Assembly (NCBI RefSeq): GCF_046119375.1
Contig: NW_027362763.1
Span: 548,948,001 to 549,012,000, forward strand
Origin: Phyllobates terribilis
Taxonomy: Eukaryota
Reading direction: 5' to 3'
DNA: 64,000 nt
The notes beneath the pieces are model-generated. The model saw only the letters and a program-made list of their open reading frames with translations, ran no database searches and was not told the origin of the DNA. The number at the start of each line of letters is the position of its first letter. The first letter of the stretch is position 1. Positions 10,857 to 23,993 of this stretch are shown here, one piece after another. Both the position numbers and the translations under genes were made by a program.

Positions 10857-12125
10857 TGACTCACCTCCTGGGCCGTGGGGTACCCGGAACCGGGCCTTCT
10901 GGTGTACGGTGCTGATGGGGGTAGTAGTGGCAACCCGATCCCGTGGCTCAGGGTGGTCAGACCAAATGCTGGCAGTCTATTTATCAGTGTTATGAATGTC
11001 CGACTACGCCACCCGTGGATTGCGGTCAGGGATAACCGCCGCTGCAAGGCAAACCACTGAGGCTGGTGTTGGTGTGCAGCACAGGGTTAGGATAACGCCC
11101 CACGGGAAGAGTGTAGCCTCAGGGCAGTGTAGGTGGATGCTGGGGGTGATGGTGCAGGCGCAGCATAAATCACACAGAGTCCAATGGTGCAATCCAGGGT
11201 TTTTACTCACAGTTGTTATCCATGTCACTTCTGTCAGCAATGACTGCCCAAGCCGTGCTGCGTCCACCAGGTGAGGAGCTCAGTCAACCCCCAGGCAATT
11301 CAGGAGTATGGCACAGGACACCTTTCTGTCCTTTCTCTGGCCTCTCGTGCCCCACCAGTGACCAAACTTCTGTCCAGCTACCACGGACCGTGTCGGGCAA
11401 GCGTTGGCCTCCGCTTCCCGCTATCCTATATGGTGCCTTCCTAGCAGGTTTGGCGGTCGGTCACACCAATAAATGATCACGACCTCCGGTTCTTGGCTGA
11501 GGGATGATTTACCTCCACCAACTTGGGAATCCGGTACCCTTCCACAGCCTGACCCTTCACCCGATATAACTCGGGTTTGCAACGGTTGCTGTCCGTTCTG
11601 CTCTCTTAGGGTCCCTTCTGCCTTCCTGTTTCTGGAGCCTTTCTACTCCTCTGTCTCTCCTCTTTCCTTCCTTCTCTTCTCCTCTCTGGCCCCGGCCTTC
11701 TCTCTAGGCCTGCCTCGTGGAGCTGAGCTCAGGCTGAGCCTCGGCTCCCTGTCAGCTCTCACTGACTGTACTTCACTACTCTTCTTCTGAACTCCATGAC
11801 TAAGATGGCTCCCCTTTTATCTGCTTCTCTGTGTCTGAGCTCAGGTGACCTGCACCCAATGAGCTCCTTCCTATGCTCCAGAAACCGTCCCCTTCTGCTC
11901 CTACATCACTGGGTTCTCTCCCCCCTCCCCACTCCAGCCAGGGACATGGTCAGTTGTGCCTGCATAAATGGGAGCACTGTCGAGCTGTCCCCCGGAAATG
12001 GGGTGAGTGTGTGTATGCAGCTAACTGAGCCCTGGTCCACACTCCATCCTTACCTGGGAGTGGAATATCACACCTCTGGGTGAGGTGCAATACCCCTGTA
12101 GCAACCGAACCCTCGGGGCGCTACA
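10857..12125 (-). mobile_element. Solo LTR, 1269 bp (PBS-containing family)
   Basis: TGAC...CTACA termini on + (TG...CA), 4-bp TSD CTTG/TTTG. GATAAAAGG and GTGAGTAAA motifs on the minus strand. Confidence 0.85.
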
Positions 12126-13149
12126 TTTGCTGGGATACTCAAAGTAGACATCATCAGGGGGTAGAGGTTGCGGTCACTGCGAGTCTCTGCAATTGCTTCT
12201 GGTGTCTGGCATTGACTTTGGCACTAAGATCAAATTGAAAGCGCGGCAGCTAATCAGTTAGCTCAGCGGCTCTACCAGTGTAGATGGAATGCTCCCTTCA
12301 GAATTGCTGAGCTCAATGATTGACTACCAGGCTGTCGACATGACATCAGCGCTGCAGCCAGTGCCAGACACAGACAGCAGGGGTGGATTCAAGAAAGGTA
12401 ATTACAGCAAGGTTTTTTTTTTTTTTTTTTTACCAAACTGCTGCTGGGGCCAAACATTATCTGAAAGGGGGACAACCCCTTTAAATTTTTAAGGTTCTAA
12501 ATGCAGACCCATCTATAATATTGGGATTTATTTTTTCTCAGTAGCTTTACACATGCTACAGATGAAGATAAAAAAAATTCAAACAATGTTATTAATAAAA
12601 TAAGCATAGTAATATTTTACAGTTCTTAGACCACATTTTTTAAGTAATTTGTTTAAGTGTAAACTTACATTTTGAATACTATTAACTCTCTCATTAGGCT
12701 ATAAATCAATTCTAATATTGCAAAAATAAGTATGTATCAAGCTGGAAGAGTCTTCTAAGCCTTTGGAATTTATAACCACCTGACTAAATTATTTATACTT
12801 CACAGAAAACGATGGATGAGTGCAAACTGACTAAAATTCTGTCATGAGACTTCTGAAAAATAACAGACTTAACTTACAATAATACAGTGTAAAATTAAGT
12901 AGTACGAAAGAGTACAATCACATGTTCGAATGCTGTAGTTCCAAATGTCTATCAACAAGGTTAAGTATCAAAAGTATTAGATTTTGATTATTGCATGTGT
13001 TACTTAAACCAATGTAATAAGGCATGTTTGGATGTATGAAATTAAAAGTAGATTAGTAATGAGATGTCCATTATAGGATATGTCACAATGGACTGCTTTA
13101 AAAGAGCACCTGTCTTTAACGCATTTATCCATAGCTCCCAGCCTTCTCA

Positions 13150-15875
13150 GATTCAGCGGGACTGTTCCAATTTGAGTGGTCAGTCCAGCTATTCAGGCAG
13201 GTCAGGGCTTTGTCCCAATGTCCAGTCTCTCTTTTCTCTGTGCAACGTCTTCATTGCTCTGTAGCTCCTCGTCCTTGGGGGTGGGGCCAGTGTAAGGTGC
13301 CCCAGCGAGGTAGTCGTGGGTGAGCTGTAGCCCATACTCGCTCTGACGCCCTACAGGCAAAATGTGTCCTCCCTCTGATGTGTTGTGGTGTATGTGGTGC
13401 TTTCCACTTACTTCTGACCAGCCGGTCGCATCTGTCTACAGGCATTTCTCTTCTGGAACCAGGGCAGCAATAAATTCAGAGGACACAAGGTTCATAACCA
13501 TAACTAGGACTTTACTTGGGAAGTAGGAATATTTACAATATTTACAGGCAGATATAATGGATAAGGACCAACTGGTTGTCATCTTTCCCACAGGTACTTG
13601 ATACAACTTCAGCCCTGGTTCCCAATTTAGATGAAGCATCTCTGTTGCCTTGTTCTCTAGCCGTAGAGAATCTTCCTCACCAGTGACAGTGTAGTAGTGA
13701 GAAAGGAAGGAGCCTTCATTTGGCACTGAAAGGGTTAAAAGAGAATGTTCCTATAGTTAGATCTCTCTGAGCTGTCGTTAGGTCCAGTTAAGGGGTTAGC
13801 TGTGATGATCCAGCCAGTAGAGTAGAGGGGGAACTTAGTGCCATGATCAAGCATAAAGTGTGTATAAAGCTTGTCCCTGATATTTCCTTGTGGGGCTGTA
13901 GTACTTTTAATCGGCCACAAGATGCCACTGTCGGGCGCAGCTGTTAGTGAGAGCCTGCTACTAGAATGGCAGTGAGGAATTAACTGCCACAGGGGGTGGG
14001 GCATCCTAGGTAATGTCTGGAGAATTTTCCAGAAAGTGTCAGTTGGAGTCCTATCAGAGTTGTGACAGGAAGCCTTACCGAAGGACAGTCAGGGAAATTG
14101 GCTGCTATGGTAGACATGGGCTCCCTACCCTCAGACAGTGGATAAGCAGTGTAAATATCTCTTCAAGCAGGAGTCCCATTAGCCGGCCGGAGAAACTTAA
14201 CAGAGGTATTGAGGACCCCGAAGCACTTCTAGTCTGCAGGTAGCAGAGGAAGATAGGACTCCAGGCTAAGCCGTGAGGGAGATGTAGGATCTGGATACAC
14301 TGCCGCTGGTGAGGAAACTTTTCTTCAGCTAGAGAATAGAGTTAGAGAGATGCTTCACCTAAAGAGGGCACCAGGGCTAAAGATGTTTCTAGCACCTGTA
14401 TGGGAGATGAAAACCTGTTGGGCTTTATCAAATGTACCTGACTGTAAATACTGTATATACTCCTCTCCCCTAAGTAAAATCCCAGTTATGGTTAAGAACT
14501 CTGTGTCCTCTGAATTTATTGCTGCCCTGGTCCCAGAAGAGAAATGCCTGGAGACAGCCATGATCGGATGGTTTGAAGTAAGTGAAGAATGTCACATACC
14601 CAGCCACACATCAGAGGGAGGACACAAATTGTCTGTAGGGTGTCAAAGAAAGCAGGGGCTACAACTCACCCACGACTACCTCGCTGGGGCACCTTTCATC
14701 AATATATCCGGATCCTAGTTCTCCCCACATCCTAGACTTGAGTCTGTAAAAAAAATACTTCTTTCTGTATTTTTTTCTCTATTGAAGACTTCTCAAAGTA
14801 TCAATATCAAGATATTCTTATAAAAAAAATGTATCTATTTATTATTGAGTTATCCATTAAAAAGAATGATTGCAGAAGGTACATACAATGATTAGTCACA
14901 AAGTGATTGTCCATTAGTCCATAATTAGCTTAATTGTTGAGATTCACCCATCTTTCCCTGGGATCCTGGATGGTAGATTATCTATCTGTGTCCAGCACGT
15001 GTGTCAGGATGACACCATGTGTTCCTTGGGCCTACATCAGCAGTAGTTTACACACACACCCTCGTCCTGTGTCCTGTGGAATGGCAAGAGCCCCCCCCTG
15101 TCTCTAACATGGGCTTTTATAGGCCGGTCATATGGCACCTGTTCTTCTAATTATGGTGCTGAACCAAAAATACACAAATAGCGCATGTCATCTAAACACC
15201 CTAACACGATGGCTGATGCAATCTGTATGGTACAGAATTCAGAATTCAGAATAAAATGAATATCCATAATTAATATTTAACAGAGTTCTAACTTCTTCTT
15301 CAGCCTGCAGACAGAATGTGCCCCCAGGTCTTCAATGACTCTCTCGAGGTTCCCAGACCGGCTAAGGGGACCCTTGTGGAGGGACTCTTCTCTTTGGTGA
15401 TCCACTGTCTGAGATACAGAGCCCATGTTTACCCTAGCAGCCAGTATATGGAGCCTGTCTCTTCTCAAGCACTGTACACTAAACTGTTCACTTCCTGCTC
15501 CTGGAAAACTAACCAGAGATTTCCTAAAGTGCCCACCCTCTGTGGGCTGTCCTCACACACAGTTAACTCTCTCACTGCCCTAAATGCCTGCAATGCTACT
15601 GGCAAACTTCACCTGTCATCTGTATTCTAGACAGTGGCATCTTGTAACTGGTTACTAATACTACAGCCCACAAGGAAGCACATCAGGAACAAAGCATTTA
15701 TTCACATCCTGTGCTCAGCCATAGCACTGGGTTCCCTCTCTTTCTACTGGGCTGGATTATCACAGTTAACCCCTTAAATGGACCAAACTGCAGCCCAGAG
15801 AGATCTAACTGTTGGGAAAATACTTCTTAACCCTTTTAGTGCCAGAGGGAAGCTACTTCCTTCACCACTAATACA
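13150..15875. repeat. Three diverged copies of an unidentified repeat in alternating orientation (~13150-13692, ~13691-14720, ~15290-15875)
   Basis: 13280-13690 is the reverse complement of 14295-14695, and 15290-15870 is the reverse complement of 13695-14250. Near-identical blocks include TCTGAATTTATTGCTGCCCTGG and CTCACCCACGACTACCTCGCTGGGGCACCT. Confidence 0.85.
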
Positions 15876-16949
15876 TCAGCATCTCTCTGCACACACTTTC
15901 ATTAATTAAATAAACATTTTCTATTTTTCTTGTGATCGGGTCTCCCCAGAAATATAACACACAGCCTCTATCACTGCAGACAGTAGCTAAAGAAATGAAT
16001 GACAGCCTACACTGACAAGCATTGGAGGATTTTGTATCCTTAAAGGTATACATAAAGGTATACTATAATGTAAGGTATATATATCGCTTAAGGCGATTGC
16101 ATAATCAGAGATAAGTCCTATCAATTTACTCTATATATCTGGGTTTATTGTAATACTTTATTATACCTATGCCAGGAAAATCATTGTATTAGATTAAGCA
16201 GTCACCTTATTCTTCTGTAATAGCTCACTTACAGTATGTAGGGCATTACAGGGATAGTTAGGGACAGCCACCGTGGTGTGGGGGCGCCAAATTCATTTAT
16301 TAGGGTGCCAACCCCCACGATAGGCAGGATCTTTGAAGGGCTTATCAGGGTAATTTAAGTCCGTCCTTCATATTAATAATTCGATTATGGAATGTGTTAT
16401 ATAACATTTATGGTTAGCTCTATCTAATTTTTTAAAACACATGGGTTTTGGTGTTTTTTAAAAATCTAATAAAATTATTGGTTTTAAAGGATTTATATGT
16501 TCACTCAATAATTCTACTCCTTTGGGTCTATCACTTATGTTATTTCTAATACTTGAAGCTCTGAGCTAACAGACAGATTATACTGGCACATACAGATACA
16601 TCTGTACATAATAGTGTATTTATATGTATCTATGTTCTAGAGGTAAAGAGAAAGTCAGATTTTTTGTCCTTGAAAAATTACTGAAAAATTAATACAAAAC
16701 TGTCATTTTCTCTTCTTCAGATCTGGTCTTCCAAGGAATTGAAATCACAACCTACATCATTAACGCTTTTTGAATAGTACAGAAAAGATTTGATTCTGCA
16801 CTAGAAATGCAGCGTTTTTTATTTTACATGAATTTTTTTCAAGCTCCACATAAAAACCTATAGAGAAAAAAAAAAACAGAAATGCACAGTGCAACAGCGT
16901 CTTTATATATACCAAGGGCAGGAGTTTTTATGAAATTACAGGAAAAATA

Positions 16950-17310
16950 TATCTTTGTACCGTGTTAGCCAACAGATCGAAAAATATTACAATTGGAGAG
17001 TCCTCAGTGGTTGATATCTTTTAATGGCTAACTGAAAAGATGGTAATAAATAGCAAACTTTCGAGACTATGCAGGTCTCTTCATCAGGCATAATATAACA
17101 CAAAAATCTGAAGTCACATATTTATACACAACAGGACATAGAATAGTGCAGTAAAAAACACAAGTGAAGCAGAACTATCAATGTGGAGCAGGGAGAAACA
17201 GTTGTGGCAGTAAATATTGGACCAGTTCATATATAAGAACCATGAAAGTTTTATTGTCCCCTGATTGAGGTCTGCTCCAGGGTTGTAATGCCCCCACAAG
17301 GTCTGAAGAG
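16950..17310 (-). mobile_element. Penelope-like element pseudo-LTR remnant
   Basis: Minus strand GCCTGATGAAGAGACCTGCATAGTCTCGAAAG...CCATCTTTTCAGTTAGCCATTAAAAGATATCAACCACTGAGGAC, a hammerhead-type core in a PLE-like context. Confidence 0.55.
17052..17091 (-). ncRNA. Minimal hammerhead-ribozyme-like motif (degenerate stems I/III)
   Basis: CUGAUGA-A-[GAGAC-CUGCAUA-GUCUC]-GAAA-GUUU-GC: perfect core boxes and a 5-bp stem II. Confidence 0.6.
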
Positions 17311-17754
17311 CATATTCCTTAATTCAAGGGTGGGGAATCTTTTATATGCCATTTGGATATTTATAACATCATTCAGAGGCCGCACAAAATTGTCAATATA
17401 ATTTCTATACTTGATCAAACAATTAATTAATTAACTCCTAATTCGATGACCGAAACTGCTTCTCTTTGGTGAGGCTGTGATGTTAGGTGGTATTGATCAT
17501 GCTACTATTTGCAACTGCTTTTTCAGATTTGTGTTGGTCTGAAGCACAGTCAATGCTTTGTGATGATAAGTTTTCTAAAGCTTTGTAGAGTATATATTAC
17601 ACTGCAGGTCTCCTCAAAGTGGGAAATTTATCACTGCTCACTTTACATTTCTAGAACGCAAGCAGTGGGAGGTCTGCAGTATATACATCACAAAGGAGAA
17701 ACTGAGACAAAAACATTAAATAGGACACTCTGGGGTTGGAGTATATACAACAAG

Positions 17755-18058
17755 AGACAGTGGGGCTGGAGCATGTACATCACAGGAGACAATGGGGCTG
17801 GAGCATGTACATCACAGGAGACAGTGGGGCTGGAGCATGTACATCACAGGAGACAGTGGGGCTGGAGCATGTACATCACAGGAGACAGTGGGGCTGCAGC
17901 ATGTACATCACAGGAGACAATGGGGCTGGAGCATGTACATCACAGGAGACAGTGGGGCTGGAGCATGTACATCCCAGGAGACAGTGGGGCTGGAGCATGT
18001 ACATCACAGGAGACAAGGAGACATTGGGGCTGCAGCATGTACATCCCAGGAGACAAAA
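17755..18058 (+). repeat. 32-bp minisatellite, ~9 copies
   Basis: GACAGTGGGGCTGGAGCATGTACATCACAGGA units. Confidence 0.95.
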
Positions 18059-18310
18059 GGGCTGATGCTGCTGTCTTTTCTGTGGAGCTGGCCAGTGTTG
18101 GTATCTAATCCTTGAATGCATGTACTGCAGCCTTCAGTAGTGAACACTGAGTGTGCATGCTTGCAGTACAAGAAGTAATTAAAGGGCCGTAAAAACATGA
18201 CTGCCAACCTAAGCACCGCGGTCCCCAGGAATCTGCCCTGGGGGTCAGTGAAAATGTCATTGTGGGCTGCAAACAGCCCACAGGCTGCAGGTTCCCCACC
18301 CCTACCTTAA

Positions 18311-21300
18311 CCACTTCGCGACGGCCCACTGTAGATAAACGTCGGCGCTTGCTGGGCTCTGTGCAGCGCCGACGTTTAAAAACGGTGGGTGGTCTCACAG
18401 CGCTCAGGACCCCCAGGGTCCTGCAAGCGCTGCGATTCCGGTGCAGAGCGTTAGCTCTGACAGGGGACATCATCGGGACCTGATTGGATCAGGTCCCAAT
18501 GATGTTAACCCTTTGCTATGTTCTATATGCCGCGATCTATAGTGATCGCGGCATATAGAAGATAGACAGAGGAGAGGGGGTCGTCTTACTTACCCCTCCG
18601 ACGACCCCTGATACCTTCCAGGACCTGGCGTTGCTATGGCAGCTGGAGGTCACATGACCGCCCCCAGATCTGCCATATATGGTGTCCTGCCTGGCTCAGC
18701 CTGCAGCTGAAGCCTGGCAGGACACACTGACTGTGAAACAGTCAGCGAAGATCTCATGTAATGTAATACATGTCTATTACATTACATGAGATCAGTGATC
18801 AGAAAAATAAAAATTAATGTCCCATACAGGGACTAAGTAAAAATGTAAAAAAAAAGTTTTAAAAAAATGTTTTTAAACTGTTAAAAAAAATCACAAAATA
18901 AATAAAAATAAATAAATAAAATATTAAACCAATAAATCCGTATATTTATGCAAAACCAAAAAAAGTACACATATTTGGTATCGCCGTGTCCGAAACAACC
19001 TGATCTATAAAACTGTTACACTAATTAACTCCTTCTGTGCACACCGTAATAAAAATAAATAAAAAACGGAGAAAAAAAATATGCTTTTTCATCATATCGC
19101 CAAACAAAAAGTGGAAAAAAATGCGATCAAAAAGCAAAATGGAAATAAAAATGGTACCGCTGAAAACGTCATCTTGTTCTGCAAAAAAAAAGCCACCATA
19201 CAGCTCCATCAGCCGAAAAATTAAAAAGTTATAGCGCTCAGAATAAAGCAATGCAAAAAAAATATTTTTTCTATAAAATTGTTTTATTGTGTAAAAGCGC
19301 CAAAACATAAAAAAAATATACAGTAAGTGTAGTATCGCTGTAAACGTACTGACCCGAAGAATAACACTGCCTGATCACTTTTACCACACGCAGAACGGCA
19401 TAAAAAAAAACCTCAAAAAACAATTCCTGAATTGTTGGTTTTTGTTAATTTTACCTCCCAAAAAACGGAATAGAAAGCGATCAAAAAATGTCACATACCC
19501 AAAAGTGGTACCAATAAAAATGTCAACTCGTCCCGCAAAAAATAAACCATCACATGACTCTGTCAGCTGAAATATGGAAAAATTATAGCTCTCAAAATAT
19601 GGCGATGCAAAAACTAGATTTTGCAAAAAAAAGCGTCTCTTAGTGTGTGACAGCTGTCAGTCATAAAAACCCGATATAAATCTGGTATCTCTGTAATCGC
19701 ACCGACCCGAAGAATAAAGTAATCTAATCAGTTATATCACACGAGGAACGGCATAAAAAATAAATAAAACCAATTCTTCACCTGCTACTGATTTGTTTAT
19801 TATGTCTCCCAAAGATCGCAGTAAGGCTCTGCTCACATTTATCCTGCGCTCCGTGTAAATCTCTGAAATATGTGATTCAGCCAGAACCCATGACGGAAGA
19901 TTCCCTGTAATGAGGCAGATATAGGCCACTGTGGATGCCGTCTGGCCTGTGATCCCACGGTGTCAGTTTTTTTAGGCGTGCATAAAAGTGCGGTTGGCCA
20001 CAGTTTTGTGCACTTCTGAAAAAAAGGACACCGCTAAACAGAGGCCAGACGGAGTCCAGAGTAACTCTGCTGCCTCATTACAGTGAATGGATCCTGCAGG
20101 GGTTTCATCTGAATTACATCACTTGGAAATTTAGATAGAAACCCCGATGTAAGTGCTCAGCCTAGAGCGCCGGATAAATGTTACGTAAAATGTTCCCAAT
20201 AAAAGCTTCAACTCAGTCCTCAAAAAAAGCTAGTCCCCACTCAGGTCCGTCATCTGTTAAAAATATAAGGGACTTCCAAGTTACTGGTAGCAGAAAGGCT
20301 CTGGAAAAGCGAAATAGCCCTTGCCCCCGAAAAGAAATTCAGAAAATGTTGTGCTCCCAAATTCAAATGCCTATTCTACAATAATTTGTTCTCCAATTGT
20401 CAAATAGCGCTCCGTCCCCCCCAGATCTCGCCGTATGGCTGAGCGGTACAATACAGCCACATATGGGGTATTGAAACTTTTAGAAGAAATTGTGTGACAC
20501 ATTTCGGCACCATTTTTAACCCATTGCCCTGTGTGAAAATGTAAAATCTGAGGGTAAAACATTTTTTTGTGGTAAAAATATAATTATGCTTTTTTCACTG
20601 CCCAATGGTATAAATTTAAAAATTAATAAATACTCACTACTTCCCTAGATGAATTCCTTGAGAGGTGTAGTTTACAAAATGGGGTCACTTGTGGGGGTTT
20701 CTGCTGTTTCGGCATGTCAGCGACTCTTCAAATGTGACATGGTGTCTGCAACCTATCCCAGCCAAAATAGCGCTCCTTTCTTTTCCGAACCCTGCCGTAC
20801 ACCAAAGCAGTGGTTTTCCCCTACACATGCGGTATCGGCGTACTCAGGAGAAATTGCACAACAAATTTCATGGTGCAATTTATCCTGTTACCCTTATGAT
20901 AATGCGAAATTAGGGAATGAAAAACATTTTTTGTGGGAAAAATGTGAAACTTTTATTTTTACAGCTCATTATTATAAACTTCTGTGAAGCACCTTGGGGT
21001 TCAAGGTGCTCACCACACATCTAGATAAGTTCCCTAAGGGGTCTAGTTTCCAAAATGGTGTCACTTGTGGGGGGTTTCCACTGTTTAGGCACATCAGGGC
21101 TCCCCAAATGCAACATGGTGTCCGCTAATTATTCAAACAAATTTTACATTCAAAAAGTCAAATGGCGCTCCTTCCCTTTCAAACCCTGCCGTGTGCCCAA
21201 ACAGTGGTTTGCCTCCACATATGGGGTATCGGCGTGTTCAGGAGAAATTGCACAACAAACTTCATGGTGCAATTCATCCTATTACCCTTATGATAATGCA

Positions 21301-22293
21301 AAATTAAGGGATGAAAAACGTTTTTGTGGGAAAAATGTGAAAATTTTATTTTTACAGCTCATTATTATAAACTTCTGTGAAGCACCTTGGGGTTCAAGGT
21401 GCTCACCACACATCTAGATAAGTTCCCTAAGGTGTCTAGTTTCCAAAATGGTGTCACTTGTTGGGGGTTTCCACTGTTTAGGAACATCAGGGGCTCTCCA
21501 AACGCAACATGGCGTCTGCTAATTATTCAGACAGATTTTACATTCAAAAAGTCTAATGGCGCTCCTTCCCTTCCAAACCCTGCAGTGCGCCAAAACAGTG
21601 GTTTTCCCTCACATATGGGGTATCAATGCACTCAAGAGAAATTGCACAAAAAATTTGGGGTACATTTTTTCCTGTTACCCCTGTGAGAATAAAAAAAATT
21701 GGGTCTAAAGTAACAATTTTTGTGAAAAAAGTTAAATGTTAATTTTTTTCTTCCACATTCCAAAAAATCCTGTGAAGCACCTGAAGGGTTAATAAAGTTC
21801 TTGAATGTGATTTTGAGCACCTTGAGGGGTGCAGTTTTTAGAATGGTGTCACTTTTGGGTATTTTCTGTCATAAAGACCCTTCAAAGTGACTTCAAATAT
21901 GATGTGGTCCCTTTTAACCTTTATAGCTCCCTAACAAAAAAAAATTTTGGTTCCAAAATTGTGCTGATGTAAAGTAGACATGTGGGAAATGTTATTTATT
22001 AACTCTTTTGTGTGACATATCTCTCTGATTTAAGGGCATGAAAATTCAAAGTTTGAAAATTGCAAAATTTTCCAAATTTTTGCCAAATTTCCGATTTTTT
22101 CACAAATAAACGCAAATGATATCGAAGAAATTTTACCACTATCATGAAGTACAATATGTCACGAAAAAACAATTTTAGAATCAGGGGGATCCGTTGAAGC
22201 GTTCCAGAGTAATTACTTCATAAAGTGACAGTGGTCAGAATTGAAAAAATTGGCCCAGTCACGAAGGCAAAAACAGGCTCTGGTGCGAAGTGG
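18311..22293. mobile_element. Non-autonomous piggyBac-like transposon, 3983 bp
   Basis: TTAA|CCACTTCGC ... GCGAAGTGG|TTAA. No transposase ORF. Internal ~393-bp repeats and a MITE-like insert near 19825-20185. Confidence 0.85.
20600..21800 (+). repeat. ~393-bp internal tandem repeats of the piggyBac-like element
   Basis: GTGAAGCACC recurs at 20984, 21377 and 21772 with collinear flanks. Confidence 0.85.
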
Positions 22294-23129
22294 TTAATTG
22301 AGGTAGAAAGAAATAACTCCATGCGACACATTCATTCCTGCTCCAGGTTACATTTTTGAGTGCAGAATCAAAACTTTTATATACTATAAAAAATACTTAA
22401 AAATGTCGCTTCTCATCTGAACCAAAAATGCATAAAATGATGGGGAAAAGGCATAAAAAATGCAGCATAATCAAAGATTGTTATTGCATAGTTAGGTGCA
22501 GACTCCTGCAGGAAACCTGCACAGTATTATGCAATGTGTGAACATGGCCTTGCAGACACAATAACAGCCACATGTTGCAGAGTGAAGCTTACATAAAAAT
22601 GAGAAAGTTCTAGCTGCTTCAACTATGAATAAATGAAGAAAAAATTAATCTCAACTAGAGATGAGTATGACGCCCAGATCACGTTTACTCAACAGCCTCA
22701 CCGGGGACGCAGGAATTTAAGAGATTCTCAGGCCTCTCATCCAGCCGCCAAGTACCACTGACATGGACACTAGACTAGAGTCCTGTGAATTGATCTACTC
22801 ATCTCTAGTCCCAACCGTCCAGGATACAGTGTGAAAGTCCCAGATTTGGGTCTGCGCCCTGCAATCACGAGCATCTGCATAATGTCCCTCACTGCCACTG
22901 CCCCATCTGACATCTCCTGCCAGGTTAGAAAGAAATAGTAAATGGGTGTGACTTGGGGTGTGGCAAGGGCCACAGCGCTGTGCATGCTGCATGATTTGTC
23001 ACTCTTTCTGTTCTTCTAAAGTTGAGTGGTATGATTTATTGTTGAAAAAGAATTATCACAAGCAGGTGCAGAAGCACACCCACAAAATGTTATGTTTTCT
23101 AAACCTATTTAAATGTTTTTAATATAGTG

Positions 23130-23713
23130 TAAGTCAAAGCGTCAGAACGTGAGAAAGAGAGGAACCATCCAGCTTGTTATCAGCGAAAAGTTCAAAAGCC
23201 TGAAACTCTGATGGATGGTATGGGGTTGCGTTAGTACCTATAACATGGGCAGCTCACACATCGAAAGGCCCTATTAATGCTGAACATTATTTAGAGGTTT
23301 AAGTACAGTATATACTCCATCCAGATGTCTATTTCAGGAAAGACCTTGCATATTTCAGCAAAACAATGTGAAACAACATATTGCATCCATCACAACAACA
23401 TGGCTTCACAGAAGAAGAGTTTGGGGAATGAACTTGGCTGCCTGGAGTAAAGACCATTCACCAATAGAAAAAACAAAAGTAGATATGATCTAGTCCCAAC
23501 TTTTCTGAGATGTGTTCCTAACATCAATTTCTAAATGTGTTAATTTTTATTAATTGAAAAGAAAAAAATGTCTAACTTACAAATTTTCAAGTCGCGATAT
23601 GTGTTCCATGTTCTGTTGTGAAGCAAATATGGCTATACGAGATTTCCAAATCATTACATTCTTGTTTTCCTTACATCGTACACAGTGTCCCAACTTTTGG
23701 GGAATTGGGGTTG
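23130..23713 (+). mobile_element. Degenerate Tc1 remnant
   Basis: Relics of VWGC, IFQQ(D)N and WPA..PD motifs. Terminus ...CCCAACTTTTGGGGAATTGGGGTTG|TA. Confidence 0.6.
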
Positions 23714-23993
23714 TATTAAATGGCATACAGTCTAATCAGAACTAAGTAAGATGAGTTGTTTAACTACCATTTATGATAGTTTGTCATAATTACATAAGAT
23801 TATGTTTCCCTTCTTTACATGGATAACAGGAAAGTAATCGGTTTAAAAGGCGTAAGTGCTTTTATCTAATTTTTCTGCATACAATGGTATTAGCACATAA
23901 GCTTACATGTATGGCACTGACGCGTGAGTACATTCAAGTGTGCCCACATACATAGGTAATTTCTTCAACCTGCAGTTCGCTTCCAAAACTAGG

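Noticed and set aside
13725-13745. TTAACCCTTT as a piggyBac terminus (also at 15827)
   Set aside because: Homology between the copies continues on both sides of the TTAA, so it is internal to the repeat.
16720-16790. Possible plus-strand terminal exon after TTTTCTCTTCTTCAG (LVFQGIEITTYIINAF* or IWSSKELKSQPTSLTLFE*)
   Set aside because: Good acceptor, but no partner exons or recognisable product.
17509-18115. 199-aa and overlapping ORFs
   Set aside because: Largely the 32-bp minisatellite.
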